A stretch of DNA of 64,000 nt from positions 720,027-784,026 of the forward strand of contig CP170457.1 of NCBI GenBank assembly GCA_047947135.1, written 5' to 3'. How positions within the stretch are numbered: the stretch's first letter is position 1; every line of letters starts with the position of its first letter. The notes beneath the pieces were generated by a model that made no database searches, was not told the origin of the DNA, and was given only the letters and a program-made list of their open reading frames with translations. Source of the DNA: Aestuariibacter sp. Its GTDB lineage: Bacteria > Pseudomonadota > Gammaproteobacteria > Enterobacterales > Alteromonadaceae. The position numbers and the translations under genes were made by a program. Shown piece after piece: positions 9,776 to 22,072 of this stretch.

Positions 9776-9842
9776 AGAGACTTCCGCTGATGGTCAGTTT
9801 TCGCATCATAACACCACATTTAATGGGGGTGTAGCGCGGACG

Positions 9843-10916
9843 TTAACCTGCCAATTGTTGCAGTTTGCGTTTGACTCGTTCCGGGAACATCACCTGTTGC
9901 CATAATTGAGACAGAACCGATTCTGTATCATGCCAGTTTTTAGCCACCAACCAATCTATCAAGAGCGTGGGGTTACTGGGAAACGTGACAGCTTCTGGTT
10001 GTGGAACATCGATAAAAGATTCAATGGCATCAACATTTAAGGTCATCATCACCTGACATAAGTCCAGCGCCTGCAGCGTTTTAGCATTTGAGAGCTGCTC
10101 AAATTGCCCATGTAACGGCTTGATAAGCAGCTTCTTTCCAAGCTGCAGACATTCGCTGGACAATTCAAATCCGCCGTTAGCAATTACTCCTGCGCATCTC
10201 TGTAAAGACTGCTGGAAGCGTATTTTACTGGTTTTGCGCCACTTCAAATGCCCCTCATCCATGTCGTTTACAACATCGGGGTGGTAGCACTCGAAATTGA
10301 CTTCGCTGAAGCTGTCCAGCAATGCCCGGATATCGCTAATACTCTCAAACGGCAGATAGACAAGATAATGTTTTCCTAAGGGAGCAGACCCATTCTGAAC
10401 CTCAATAAATGGCGGCATAATGGATTTGCCAAAATGATACCAGTGCACGCCCAGTTGAATGTCTGTCGGGGCAAATTTACGCAAAATTATCTTATCTAAC
10501 AACGATTGTCCCGCTTTGGGTACCGGATGACTGTACGCCGCCTGATGGCTAATGGATATGGATGGCACCCCCTGACGTGCGGCAGCCCATGCAGTGACAG
10601 GCTCAAAATCATTCAACACCAGATCGTAACGACTAAGGTCAAGTGCCGAGACATCTCTTAGAAATTTCAGTGGCCGCGCTCTCGACAGTGTTTTAATCGG
10701 TGAAACTGCACCATCACAATGAACAAATGTCAGTCCATCCCGAGTCTGATAGTCGGCAAAGACATCCATATCAAAGTATTTGTCGGCGTCACGACCGCTG
10801 AATAAATAATCGACCTCAATATCCTGGCGCTGGGCAAAGGCTTTAGCCATGACTCTGGCTCGGGTAATGTGGCCGTTACCGGTTCCTTGTACGCCATACA
10901 TAATTCGTAGTGTCAT
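9843..10916 (-). CDS. Glycosyltransferase (GT28/MGT-like UDP-glycosyltransferase family). The start is taken at MTLRIMYG.
   Basis: N-terminal glycine-rich GVQGTGNGHITRA typical of GT-B enzymes of the MurG/UGT superfamily. C-terminal VIANGGFELSSECLQLGKKLLIKP nucleotide-sugar binding region. It lies 7 nt downstream of the PAP2 gene. Confidence 0.65.
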   Translation of the reverse strand: MTLRIMYGVQGTGNGHITRARVMAKAFAQRQDIEVDYLFSGRDADKYFDMDVFADYQTRDGLTFVHCDGAVSPIKTLSRARPLKFLRDVSALDLSRYDLVLNDFEPVTAWAAARQGVPSISISHQAAYSHPVPKAGQSLLDKIILRKFAPTDIQLGVHWYHFGKSIMPPFIEVQNGSAPLGKHYLVYLPFESISDIRALLDSFSEVNFECYHPDVVNDMDEGHLKWRKTSKIRFQQSLQRCAGVIANGGFELSSECLQLGKKLLIKPLHGQFEQLSNAKTLQALDLCQVMMTLNVDAIESFIDVPQPEAVTFPSNPTLLIDWLVAKNWHDTESVLSQLWQQVMFPERVKRKLQQLAG

Positions 10917-10923
10917 ATTGTGA

Positions 10924-11445
10924 TTACGCCAGAATATTGATGCTGAGGACTGATATGCCAAAACCCAGTGTTGCTCCAGCCAGAATGTCGCTGGGGTAAT
11001 GCACACCCAACAAAATCCTCGACAGAGAAATTAAGCCTGCCCACAAGTAGGCGAAAAAACCTATCGTCGGGTAATAGTGAGACAGCAACGTTGCCATTAA
11101 AAAAGCCGCTGCGGTATGGCCGGAGGGCAAACTGAATTTGTCTGAGGGCTCGACATGAGCATGCAACTGCTTAAACACGTTGCAGGGCCGTTCCCGGCGA
11201 AACATATTTTTAAGTACCATATATAGCGGTAATTCCAGTGCGTAAGCCAGTAAACCGGTGTACAGAAACAGCCCACCATGGGAAGGTTCAAAGGCCCATA
11301 ACACAACACCTAACAGCAGATAAACGTGCCCATCACCCGATTTCGATATCAGTCGTATCGACAGGCAATCACGACCAGTGGTTTTGCTGAATAACCACTG
11401 AAATAGTTGGGTATCGACCCGGGTTATTAAGTTCATGTTAGACAC
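10924..11445 (-). CDS. PAP2-family lipid phosphatase.
   Basis: Three PAP2 motifs: KNMFRRERP, PSGH, SRILLGVHYPSD. About 5 TM helices. Confidence 0.8.
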   Translation of the reverse strand: MSNMNLITRVDTQLFQWLFSKTTGRDCLSIRLISKSGDGHVYLLLGVVLWAFEPSHGGLFLYTGLLAYALELPLYMVLKNMFRRERPCNVFKQLHAHVEPSDKFSLPSGHTAAAFLMATLLSHYYPTIGFFAYLWAGLISLSRILLGVHYPSDILAGATLGFGISVLSINILA

Positions 11446-11690
11446 TTGCCTTTTTCATGGGTTTTACAAAATGAAGCGTAAATATTTTCTATGAATAAGA
11501 CGTGACATAAATGCTAAGGGTTTATGACAATTCAGTGGCTACTTAAAGGCACTAAAAGTAAAATTGAGGCACACACTATTGGCGCATTTACAATTGTCCT
11601 GCGGCGAATTGCTGCTTTTAATTTAGGTTGCATTGAGGTCGGTACAACGGGCATTATAGGGGCACAATAAGCAAAACACATGAGAGCGCC

Positions 11691-12176
11691 GTGGAATACA
11701 ACACTTCTGAACTTTGCGACTTATTTGCTGACAGCATCGATGTCCTTGATCCCATATTCGTCAATTATGGTGGTCGGGAATCCTATGGTGGTGAAGTCAC
11801 CACAATAAAATGTTTCGAAGATCGGGGGCTGATTGATCAGGTACTGGCCGGCAATGGCGCGGGAAAAGTCTTGTTGATAGACGGTGGCGGTTCTACCCGT
11901 CGCGCTCTGCTTGACGCGGCCAATGTTCAGTTGGCGGTGGACAACGGCTGGGAAGGCATTATTTGCTATGGCAGTATTCGTGACGTGGATCTGCTCGAAG
12001 AGCTGGATGTCGGTGTTCATGCCATTTCCGCGATTCCGGTAGGGGCAGATGCCGATGATATAGGCGATACTGATATCGCTGTCAATTTTGCTGGTGTGAC
12101 CTTTTTGCCTGAAGATCACGTTTATGCCGATAATACCGGCATTGTCTTGTCTCCAGAACCATTAGATATCGAATAA
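11691..12176 (+). CDS. rraA: RNase E inhibitor RraA.
   Basis: [12 protein letters not shown]...[15 protein letters not shown]...[17 protein letters not shown]...[17 protein letters not shown] is about 60% identical to E. coli RraA. Confidence 0.9.
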   Translation: MEYNTSELCDLFADSIDVLDPIFVNYGGRESYGGEVTTIKCFEDRGLIDQVLAGNGAGKVLLIDGGGSTRRALLDAANVQLAVDNGWEGIICYGSIRDVDLLEELDVGVHAISAIPVGADADDIGDTDIAVNFAGVTFLPEDHVYADNTGIVLSPEPLDIE

Positions 12177-12189
12177 CATCAACCGTCAC

Positions 12190-13200
12190 ATGACCATCGA
12201 ACACTTTCGTTTCCTGTCAGAGCAGGAAACCAGACAACTGACTCGAAAACGTGATGGCGAAGTTAAATTGGGCCAGACGTTTCATATCGCACAGTCCTTT
12301 GCTGATCTGGCAGGGTTTAAACAGCAAGGATGTCAGTTTGCCATTATCGCAATTAGTGAAGATATAGGACCAAGAGCTAATCTTGGCAAAGGTGGTGCGT
12401 CAGAGGGCTGGCAAGCATTTCTATCACAGTTTGCCAATCTTCAGGACAATCAATACTTAAGCGGTCAGCGTATAGCCTTATTGGGTCAGGTCACTATGTC
12501 AGCCACAGCAACTGATGTGCAACAGTTGCGTGAACAGGTCGCTAAACTTGATGCCATTGTCTGTCAGCTTGTGCAGCAAGCGTTAGGAGCAGACTTGCTC
12601 CCGATTGTCATCGGCGGTGGACACAATAATGCCTACCCCATCATTCAAGCCTGCCACCAGTTTCATGGCTTACCTTTAGCAGTAGCCAATCTTGATCCGC
12701 ATTGCGACTTCAGAGCCCGGGAAGGCCGTCACAGCGGCAATGGCTTCCGTTATGCATTTGATGAAGGCGCATTGTCCCATTACACCATCGTGGGATTGCA
12801 TGAGCAGAAGAATAATCAGGAAAGCCTGGACGCGCTGGCTGAACATAGCCTGCCCTTTCATACCATTCAGGATACGCATTGGCGGCGCAACAAAAATTTT
12901 GATCAGGTTCTGGAAGAAACTGGCAAATACTTAATGCACTCAGGATTACCTGTAGGCATAGAAATCGACCTGGATGCCATTAATCAGATGCCCTCTAGTG
13001 CTATCACTGCAGCGGGATTAAGTGGCGATGATGCGCTGTATTATCTGGCTCAAATGGCGAATTTGCCAAAAGTCACCTATCTGCATCTTGCAGAAGGCGC
13101 GCCCAAACGTACTGATAGCTATGAACAACGCACCGTGGGTCAAATGTTGGCAGAGATGCTGTGCTTATTTATCAAACAGCGACTGGCAGAGAAAGATTAG
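12190..13200 (+). CDS. Arginase/ureohydrolase-family protein (formimidoylglutamase/HutG-like).
   Basis: Metal-binding motifs of the arginase fold: IVIGGGHNNAYPI, ANLDPHCDF, GIEIDLDAINQMP. Confidence 0.7.
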   Translation: MTIEHFRFLSEQETRQLTRKRDGEVKLGQTFHIAQSFADLAGFKQQGCQFAIIAISEDIGPRANLGKGGASEGWQAFLSQFANLQDNQYLSGQRIALLGQVTMSATATDVQQLREQVAKLDAIVCQLVQQALGADLLPIVIGGGHNNAYPIIQACHQFHGLPLAVANLDPHCDFRAREGRHSGNGFRYAFDEGALSHYTIVGLHEQKNNQESLDALAEHSLPFHTIQDTHWRRNKNFDQVLEETGKYLMHSGLPVGIEIDLDAINQMPSSAITAAGLSGDDALYYLAQMANLPKVTYLHLAEGAPKRTDSYEQRTVGQMLAEMLCLFIKQRLAEKD

Positions 13201-13225
13201 GGTCAACGACTCAGAATCGTTGACC
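13201..13225. terminator. 9-bp stem hairpin between the convergent arginase-family gene and trxA. Possible weak bidirectional terminator.
   Basis: ggtcaacga-ctcagaa-tcgttgacc sits immediately after the TAG of the + gene. The T-tract is only on the trxA (minus) side (gattttg). Confidence 0.35.
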
Positions 13226-13248
13226 CAAAATCACCATGAAACGATTCC

Positions 13249-13578
13249 TTAACCGATATTTTCGTTAATAAAATCTGTTAATTGCGTTTTGGATAATGCA
13301 CCTACTTTGGTGCCAACAACATTTCCATCCTTAAATAACAACAGCGTAGGAATACCACGAATACCGTATTTTGGTGGAGTCTCATTGTTATCATCGACAT
13401 TCATCTTGGCAACTGTTATCTTGCCGTCATACTCTTCGACAATCGCATCCAACAGTGGCGCAATCATTTTACAAGGACCGCACCAAGGTGCCCAAAAATC
13501 AACTAGAACAGGTTTCTCGGCCTTGATTACATCATCTTCAAAAGAACCGTCACTTATTTGGACTATTTTGTCATTCAT
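13249..13578 (-). CDS. trxA: Thioredoxin 1.
   Basis: WCGPCK active site. About 65% identical to E. coli TrxA along the full 109 aa. Confidence 0.95.
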   Translation of the reverse strand: MNDKIVQISDGSFEDDVIKAEKPVLVDFWAPWCGPCKMIAPLLDAIVEEYDGKITVAKMNVDDNNETPPKYGIRGIPTLLLFKDGNVVGTKVGALSKTQLTDFINENIG

Positions 13579-13680
13579 TCATTTCTCCATAGATACTGTA
13601 CGTCCCTTCAAGGGGACGAATATTCACACGTATTTATATAGGAACTGTTTTTTAATTCAAGCACTGATATGCTATAAGCT

Positions 13681-14931
13681 ATGCAAACAACACATTTAAC
13701 TGATACACATTTTTCCGAATTAGGGATTCACGCAGATATTTTGGCCGCTTTAAAAGCTGCCAGTTTCGAGCATTGTACCCCTATTCAGGCTTTGAGCTTA
13801 CCCCAATTGCTGCATGGACAAGATATTGCAGGGCAAGCGCAAACAGGCACAGGCAAAACCATGGCCTTCCTGATCGCCACCTTTCATTACTTATTGACGC
13901 ATCCTCAGGAGAATGATGCGCAACCCCGGGCCATTATCATGGCGCCGACACGCGAATTAGCGGTGCAGATCCATAAAGATGCTGAACTTTTGTCCAAAAA
14001 CTGCAACATAAGTCTTGGTTTGATATACGGTGGAGAAGGTTACCAAAGCCAGATGGAAACGCTGCAAAAAGGCGTAGACATCATCATTGGCACCACAGGC
14101 CGCATCATTGATTATTACAAACAAGAGTTATTTAGCCTGCGCCACATTCAGGTCACTGTGCTGGATGAAGCTGATCGCATGTTTGATTTGGGTTTCATCA
14201 AAGACATCCGCTATCTGTTGCGTCGTATGCCTGCTGCCACCGAAAGACTCAGTATGCTGTTTTCAGCGACACTGTCATATCGCGTGCAAGAGCTGGCGTA
14301 TGAGCACATGGACAATCCAGTACATGTGCAGGTTGATGCTGAGCAGAAAACCGCAAAACGTATTGTAGAAGAACTCTTCTATCCTTCCGACCATGACAAA
14401 ATGTTATTATTACTCACCCTGATGGAAGAAGAATGGCCAGAAAAAGCCATTGTTTTTGCCAATACCAAACACAGCTGTGAGAATGTTTTTGATTGGTTAG
14501 TCGCAGATGGACACCGAGTGGGCTTATTAAGTGGCGACGTGCCACAGAAAAAGCGTTTGCGCATTCTCGATGATTTTGACAAAGGCGTTCTGGATGTACT
14601 GGTTGCCACCGACGTAGCAGCACGTGGACTGCACATCGATAAGGTCTCTCACGTATTTAATTACGATTTGCCTGATGATGCCGAAGATTATGTGCATCGT
14701 ATCGGACGTACTGGGCGAGCAGGGAAAAGCGGCCATGCCATCAGCTTTGCCTGTGAAAAGTATGCGCTTAATCTGCCAGCCATTGAAAGTTACATCAGTC
14801 ACTCTATTCCGGTAACGGATTATTTTCATGATGCGCTGTTAACCGATGTTACACCGCCGAGGAGAACCCATCGCAAGCGTGCGCACCGGGATAAACGTCA
14901 ACATCAAAAAAGGCAGAGTAACCGCAGTTGA
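13681..14931 (+). CDS. rhlB: ATP-dependent RNA helicase RhlB (DEAD-box).
   Basis: AQTGTGKT (Walker A), PTRELA, DEAD ([10 protein letters not shown]), [13 protein letters not shown], and an Arg-rich C-terminal tail. Divergent from trxA, as in E. coli. Confidence 0.9.
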   Translation: MQTTHLTDTHFSELGIHADILAALKAASFEHCTPIQALSLPQLLHGQDIAGQAQTGTGKTMAFLIATFHYLLTHPQENDAQPRAIIMAPTRELAVQIHKDAELLSKNCNISLGLIYGGEGYQSQMETLQKGVDIIIGTTGRIIDYYKQELFSLRHIQVTVLDEADRMFDLGFIKDIRYLLRRMPAATERLSMLFSATLSYRVQELAYEHMDNPVHVQVDAEQKTAKRIVEELFYPSDHDKMLLLLTLMEEEWPEKAIVFANTKHSCENVFDWLVADGHRVGLLSGDVPQKKRLRILDDFDKGVLDVLVATDVAARGLHIDKVSHVFNYDLPDDAEDYVHRIGRTGRAGKSGHAISFACEKYALNLPAIESYISHSIPVTDYFHDALLTDVTPPRRTHRKRAHRDKRQHQKRQSNRS

Positions 14932-15869
14932 GTCTGAATCAGCCTGTTAATTCAGGCACGTCCAGTGAAAAATATGCTGTTATCGATTTGGGTTCGAACA
15001 GCTTCCATATGTTTATCGCCCGCCTTGAAGGTGGGCGTCCTGTTATCTTGCAACGCGTCAAAGATAAAGTCCGTCTGGCCAGAGGTCTAAACCGTGACAA
15101 TCTGCTAAGTCAGGAGGCCATACAAAGAGGCCTGGACTGCCTAAAAGAATTTGCCCGACACTTACAACAGATTCCTTTGCAAAACCGTCAGGTGGTGGCC
15201 ACGGCGACCTTGCGTTTGGCCACCAATAGCCCGGATTTTGTTGCCCAGGGTGAAGCTATTCTGGGGACGCCTATCCAGGTCATAAGTGGTGAGCAGGAGG
15301 CCGACTATATTTATCGTGGTGCAACACAGCACCTCAACACACAGCGCCATTTGATTCTGGATATTGGTGGCGCCAGTACCGAAGTCATTGTCGGTAATGG
15401 TGCGCAAGCGCAGCACCGCGTCAGTTTCAATATGGGATGTGTGACATTCATGCAGCGTTATTTCAAGGATAATCACAACCTGCAGGACAATATTCACAAT
15501 GCCGTAAGCGCAGCAACCAGGCAACTAATCCCTGAGTTGCAGCGGTTTACAGAACATGGCTGGGATGATTGTTATGGTGCATCCGGGACACCTCAGGCGC
15601 TACATGAAATTAAGCGCCACCATCAGGACACCAGCAGTATAAATCTGGCGTTTCTACAGCAACAAGCATCGCTACTCAAAGTTGCAACCGACACGGGCAG
15701 CTATTTATTGCCTGGTTTAGGTGAAGCAAGGCAAGCGGTTTTTCCGGCTGGCTTAGCCATTCTTACCGCCCTTTTCCAAGTTTTTAATATTCAGCAGATG
15801 GGTCTTGCGGATGGCGCATTAAGAGAAGGTTTGTTATTTGAGCTTGCTGGCCACTGTAGCCATCAGTAA
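14928..15869 (+). CDS. gppA: Ppx/GppA-family phosphatase, short single-module form (313 aa).
   Basis: [15 protein letters not shown]...[10 protein letters not shown]...[12 protein letters not shown] actin-like ATPase fold motifs of Ppx/GppA. It follows rhlB as in E. coli, but the roughly 180-aa C-terminal HD-like domain is absent. Confidence 0.8.
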   Translation: MSLNQPVNSGTSSEKYAVIDLGSNSFHMFIARLEGGRPVILQRVKDKVRLARGLNRDNLLSQEAIQRGLDCLKEFARHLQQIPLQNRQVVATATLRLATNSPDFVAQGEAILGTPIQVISGEQEADYIYRGATQHLNTQRHLILDIGGASTEVIVGNGAQAQHRVSFNMGCVTFMQRYFKDNHNLQDNIHNAVSAATRQLIPELQRFTEHGWDDCYGASGTPQALHEIKRHHQDTSSINLAFLQQQASLLKVATDTGSYLLPGLGEARQAVFPAGLAILTALFQVFNIQQMGLADGALREGLLFELAGHCSHQ

Positions 15870-15881
15870 GCGCTGCTTCGG

Positions 15882-16133
15882 TTATTCTTCAGAACGACCG
15901 GAATAGCCAGGTACACGACCAGTAAATACAGTGTAATAAATAATGGCGCATAGAATACAAAAACTGATTTTAGCGATACTGATTTCCTGCCAGTTGCGTT
16001 CAACCAATAATAAAATAACCGCGTAAACGACAATCCATAATGGCGTCGCCACCACACCGATCATGACCCGGATCTGAATGGGTAGTCGGAATATATCAGG
16101 TTTTTGTACTTGTGATTCTTTCTCTTTTGTCAT
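15882..16133 (-). CDS. Small hypothetical inner-membrane protein (2 TM helices).
   Basis: MTKEKESQVQKPDIFRLPIQIRVMIGVVATPLWIVVYAVILLLVERNWQEISIAKISFCILCAIIYYTVF... Starts 4 nt after the hemB stop. No recognisable family. Confidence 0.35.
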   Translation of the reverse strand: MTKEKESQVQKPDIFRLPIQIRVMIGVVATPLWIVVYAVILLLVERNWQEISIAKISFCILCAIIYYTVFTGRVPGYSGRSEE

Positions 16134-16137
16134 CGTC

Positions 16138-19075
<2,938 letters not shown>

Positions 19076-19849
19076 TTAAATCGCAAACAGCTGCTGGGCA
19101 TTTTCATAACTGGCCTGCGCCACATCTTCAATAGTCACTCCTTTTATCTCTGCGACCGTCTGCGCCACTACAGGAAGAAACTTCGGCTCATTACGACGCA
19201 CTTTGTTAGGCAATGTTTTAGGTAGTAAATACGGTGCATCCGTTTCCAGCAACAGTCTATCCATAGGTAACTCCGCCACAGCATTTTGTAAGTCTATGCC
19301 TCGTTTTGGATCACATACCCAGCCAGTTATGCCAATGTATAAACCCAATGACAAATAGGTCTGCATTTGCCTAGCATTGCCGGTAAAGCAATGTGCAACG
19401 CCATGGTCTATCTGGTATCGCTGTAGCAGCGCAATTTGCTCTTCGAATGCATCACGCTCATGCAAAAAAACCGGTTTGCCATAGTCTTTTGCCAGTTGTA
19501 ATTGCGCCGCGAAAACAGCTCGTTGTCCGGATTGCGAGGAATAGTTGCGATTAAAATCCAAACCACATTCACCCACGGCCACCACTTGTGGTGAAGCCAA
19601 CAGGGTGCGTAGATGTTCCAACCAGTCATCACTGACAGCATCGGCATCATGGGGATGCACACCCGCGGTACTATAGAGAGTTAACGTTGTGTTTTCGGTT
19701 AACGCCAGTGCCGCTGCGCTTTCCTGCTCATTGGTGCCGGTGATAATAATCGTGTCGACACCCGCAAGTCGCGCCTCAGCCAGAACCCCATTCAGGTCCT
19801 GATGAAAGCGCTTATTGGTTAGGTTAACCCCAATATCACAGAACGTCAC
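19076..19849 (-). CDS. tatD: TatD-family Mg-dependent DNase. The start is taken at GTG (V)TFCDIGVNL.
   Basis: FCDIGVNLT...IITGTN...VAVGECGLDF...HCFTG...ETDAPYL are the TatD metal-binding motifs. The GTG at 19849 has a GGAAAG RBS and aligns with the E. coli MFDIGVNL start. The longer ORF to 19906 would overlap the upstream gene. Confidence 0.8.
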   Translation of the reverse strand: MTFCDIGVNLTNKRFHQDLNGVLAEARLAGVDTIIITGTNEQESAAALALTENTTLTLYSTAGVHPHDADAVSDDWLEHLRTLLASPQVVAVGECGLDFNRNYSSQSGQRAVFAAQLQLAKDYGKPVFLHERDAFEEQIALLQRYQIDHGVAHCFTGNARQMQTYLSLGLYIGITGWVCDPKRGIDLQNAVAELPMDRLLLETDAPYLLPKTLPNKVRRNEPKFLPVVAQTVAEIKGVTIEDVAQASYENAQQLFAI

Positions 19850-19868
19850 TGGCCGTATCTTTCCGGCA

Positions 19869-20402
19869 CTAGCTACTGCGCTTAACCAAAATGCGCTTTT
19901 TACCACCTTGTTCTTTCAGGTAAAAGGCGCCCATCATGCCTTTACTGATAACGACAGCCTCTCCAACTCGAAGATTCTGCAGCGTATCGCCTGTAGACTG
20001 GCGCCACACCTGACCATTATCCAGCGTAATCAACAAACGGTCTTTGCCATACTTTTCGATCTTTCGTACCGTCGCAACGATTTCTGAAAGCGCATCACGT
20101 GACTCTTTGCGGATTCCAAATTCACTTTCCGCATCTGATACGCGAGGTTGAGATGTGGCCGGGTAATCTGCATTTGGTGCACTATAACTCTTTGTGGCAC
20201 GCTGGCGTTCAACAAATTCCGGTAACTCCACATCCTGCATCCCATTGGCTCGTTGAGCCAGTCGGTCGAAGCATACCAGCCGCTTTAAAGAATTATCTAC
20301 ACGACTACAGGCCTGCATTGCCTCAGACAAGGTCTCGGCCTGCAGCGCTGTAGAAAAATTGATTACAAATAGGGTACCTAACACCTTGATAAGGGTTCTC
20401 AT
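19869..20402 (-). CDS. Hypothetical secreted protein inserted between tatC and tatD.
   Basis: Signal peptide MRTLIKVLGTLFVINFSTALQA, 2 Cys. Its start ATG overlaps the tatC TGA (ATGA), which suggests translational coupling. No family recognised. Confidence 0.6.
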   Translation of the reverse strand: MRTLIKVLGTLFVINFSTALQAETLSEAMQACSRVDNSLKRLVCFDRLAQRANGMQDVELPEFVERQRATKSYSAPNADYPATSQPRVSDAESEFGIRKESRDALSEIVATVRKIEKYGKDRLLITLDNGQVWRQSTGDTLQNLRVGEAVVISKGMMGAFYLKEQGGKKRILVKRSS

Positions 20403-21154
20403 ACTACTTCCTGATCCTTATTGTTTTGTTCTTCATCTTCATTAGTTTGAGCGTATAGACCACCAATAAGCACGCCAAGTTCAAACAGCAGCCACATTGG
20501 TAACGCCAGCAGGGTTTGTGATATGGGATCGGGAGGTGTCATTAGCATGCCAATAACAAATACCGATACAATGACGTAGGGGCGTTTCGCCCGCAAACTT
20601 TGCGCATTGGTAAACCCAGTCCAACACAACAATACAATCGCAATTGGGATTTGAAACGATACCCCAAAAGCAAAAAATAACTTAAGCACAAAATTAAGAT
20701 AACTATTTATGTCCGTACTGATAAGCACACCATCTGGCGCGACCCCCACAAAAAAAGGAAAGGCCAACGGGAATATAACGTAATACGCAAATGCAACCCC
20801 CGCATAAAACAGTAAACTGCTGGACAGCATCAGCGGTGCAATCAGCTTTTTTTCTTTTTGATAGAGTCCGGGGGCAACGAAAGCCCAAGCCTGATATAAC
20901 ACATAGGGAATAGCGACAAAAAAAGACAGTACCAAGGTCAACTTAAAGGGAGCAAAGAACGGTGAAGCGACGTCTGTCGCGATCATTTGGGCACCTTCCG
21001 GTAACGCGCTAATCAATGGTTCAGAAAGCCAGCGATACAGATCCTGAGCAAAATAAGCAAGCGCCAAAAAAATCAGTAATACGCTTAACACCGCTTTTAG
21101 TAAACGGCTACGTAATTCCAGCAAATGCTCAAAAAGGGTACTGGCTTCAGACAT
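20399..21154 (-). CDS. tatC: Sec-independent translocase TatC.
   Basis: Six TM helices. HLLELRSRLLK...MIATDVASPFFAPFKLTL...PYVLYQAWAFVAPGLY...TPPD close to E. coli TatC. Confidence 0.95.
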   Translation of the reverse strand: MSEASTLFEHLLELRSRLLKAVLSVLLIFLALAYFAQDLYRWLSEPLISALPEGAQMIATDVASPFFAPFKLTLVLSFFVAIPYVLYQAWAFVAPGLYQKEKKLIAPLMLSSSLLFYAGVAFAYYVIFPLAFPFFVGVAPDGVLISTDINSYLNFVLKLFFAFGVSFQIPIAIVLLCWTGFTNAQSLRAKRPYVIVSVFVIGMLMTPPDPISQTLLALPMWLLFELGVLIGGLYAQTNEDEEQNNKDQEVV

Positions 21155-21456
21155 TAGTTTTCTTTGGAATAAGGATTTTGCACATCTTTAGCGGCAGACT
21201 TTAGCTGTTCAACACTCTCTTTGAGTTCCGGTGAAAGGTCTTTCATACCTTGTTGTTCCGCCTTTTTCAGATTCTCGTGCAACTCCTGGATACGCAACTG
21301 CTGTTCAACTTCCTGACGAAATCCCTGTGCCATGCCTTTGATGTTGCGCATCGTTTTACTGACACTGCGAATCGCCCCAGGCAATCTTTCCGGACCCAGC
21401 ACGAGCAATGCAATCACGGCAATTATGAGAATTTCCCAAAAGCCAATATCAAACAT
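21154..21456 (-). CDS. tatB: TatB.
   Basis: MFDIGFWEILIIAVIALLVLGPERLPGAIRSV matches the TatB N-terminus. Overlaps the tatC start by 1 nt. Confidence 0.9.
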   Translation of the reverse strand: MFDIGFWEILIIAVIALLVLGPERLPGAIRSVSKTMRNIKGMAQGFRQEVEQQLRIQELHENLKKAEQQGMKDLSPELKESVEQLKSAAKDVQNPYSKEN

Positions 21457-21464
21457 GGCTTATA

Positions 21465-21701
21465 CTACACGTCTTGTTTCTGTTTTGGCTTTTGACTGTC
21501 TGCGGACTGCTCAGACTTATCCTGCATTTCCTGAGGAGCTTCGAAATCGGCGTCTTTTTTCTGATCGTCTGTCACTGCGCTTTTAAAGCCTTTCACAGCA
21601 GAACCAAGGTCGCTGCCTAGCGTGCGTAATTTTTTTGTGCCGAACAATAACACTACGATCACAAAAATAATTAACAATTGCCAAATACTAATGCCACCCA
21701 T
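21465..21701 (-). CDS. tatA: TatA. The start is taken at MGGISIWQ with an AAGGAG RBS.
   Basis: [43 protein letters not shown] is identical to E. coli TatA for the first roughly 25 residues. The ORF-track start at 21740 adds 13 residues with no RBS. Confidence 0.9.
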   Translation of the reverse strand: MGGISIWQLLIIFVIVVLLFGTKKLRTLGSDLGSAVKGFKSAVTDDQKKDADFEAPQEMQDKSEQSADSQKPKQKQDV

Positions 21702-22072
21702 GAGATTCTCCTTGAATAAGTCGCCGTGCATTATACCCATGCTGGGCGAAAATGCACCGCTTTACATAGCGCTAAATGTAACATAGCTGTTGACGGCACA
21801 GCAGTGTTATTTTACATCGATACAGCCCCACCAGAGCAATTTGTCTGCATTACAACAACACTAAAAGCTCAGTGGCACTGCTTGTTATTAGACACTCAAT
21901 TTACGTAATTAGCTCACTTTTGTGTCAACATAGAATGTTAAAGGAGCAAATATAGATTGGGGTTGGTATTACGCCTGTTCCTGGACTAACGTTAAATTAT
22001 AAATTTTCGTCAACAATAAGTGCATGTCTAACAACAGATTGGTGCATTGAATTAATCAGTAAAGGGATCTCA

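Noticed and set aside
14928-15869. Suspected that the short gppA was a frameshifted or truncated pseudogene
   Set aside because: The ORF ends cleanly. The following 270 bp are occupied by a different small gene and then hemB. No remnant of a C-terminal Ppx/GppA domain is visible in any frame. Naturally short Ppx/GppA forms are known.
15863-16057. 64-aa alternative-frame minus ORF
   Set aside because: It overlaps the more protein-like 83-aa two-TM ORF in another frame. Only one can be real, and the 83-aa frame abuts the hemB stop with sensible spacing.
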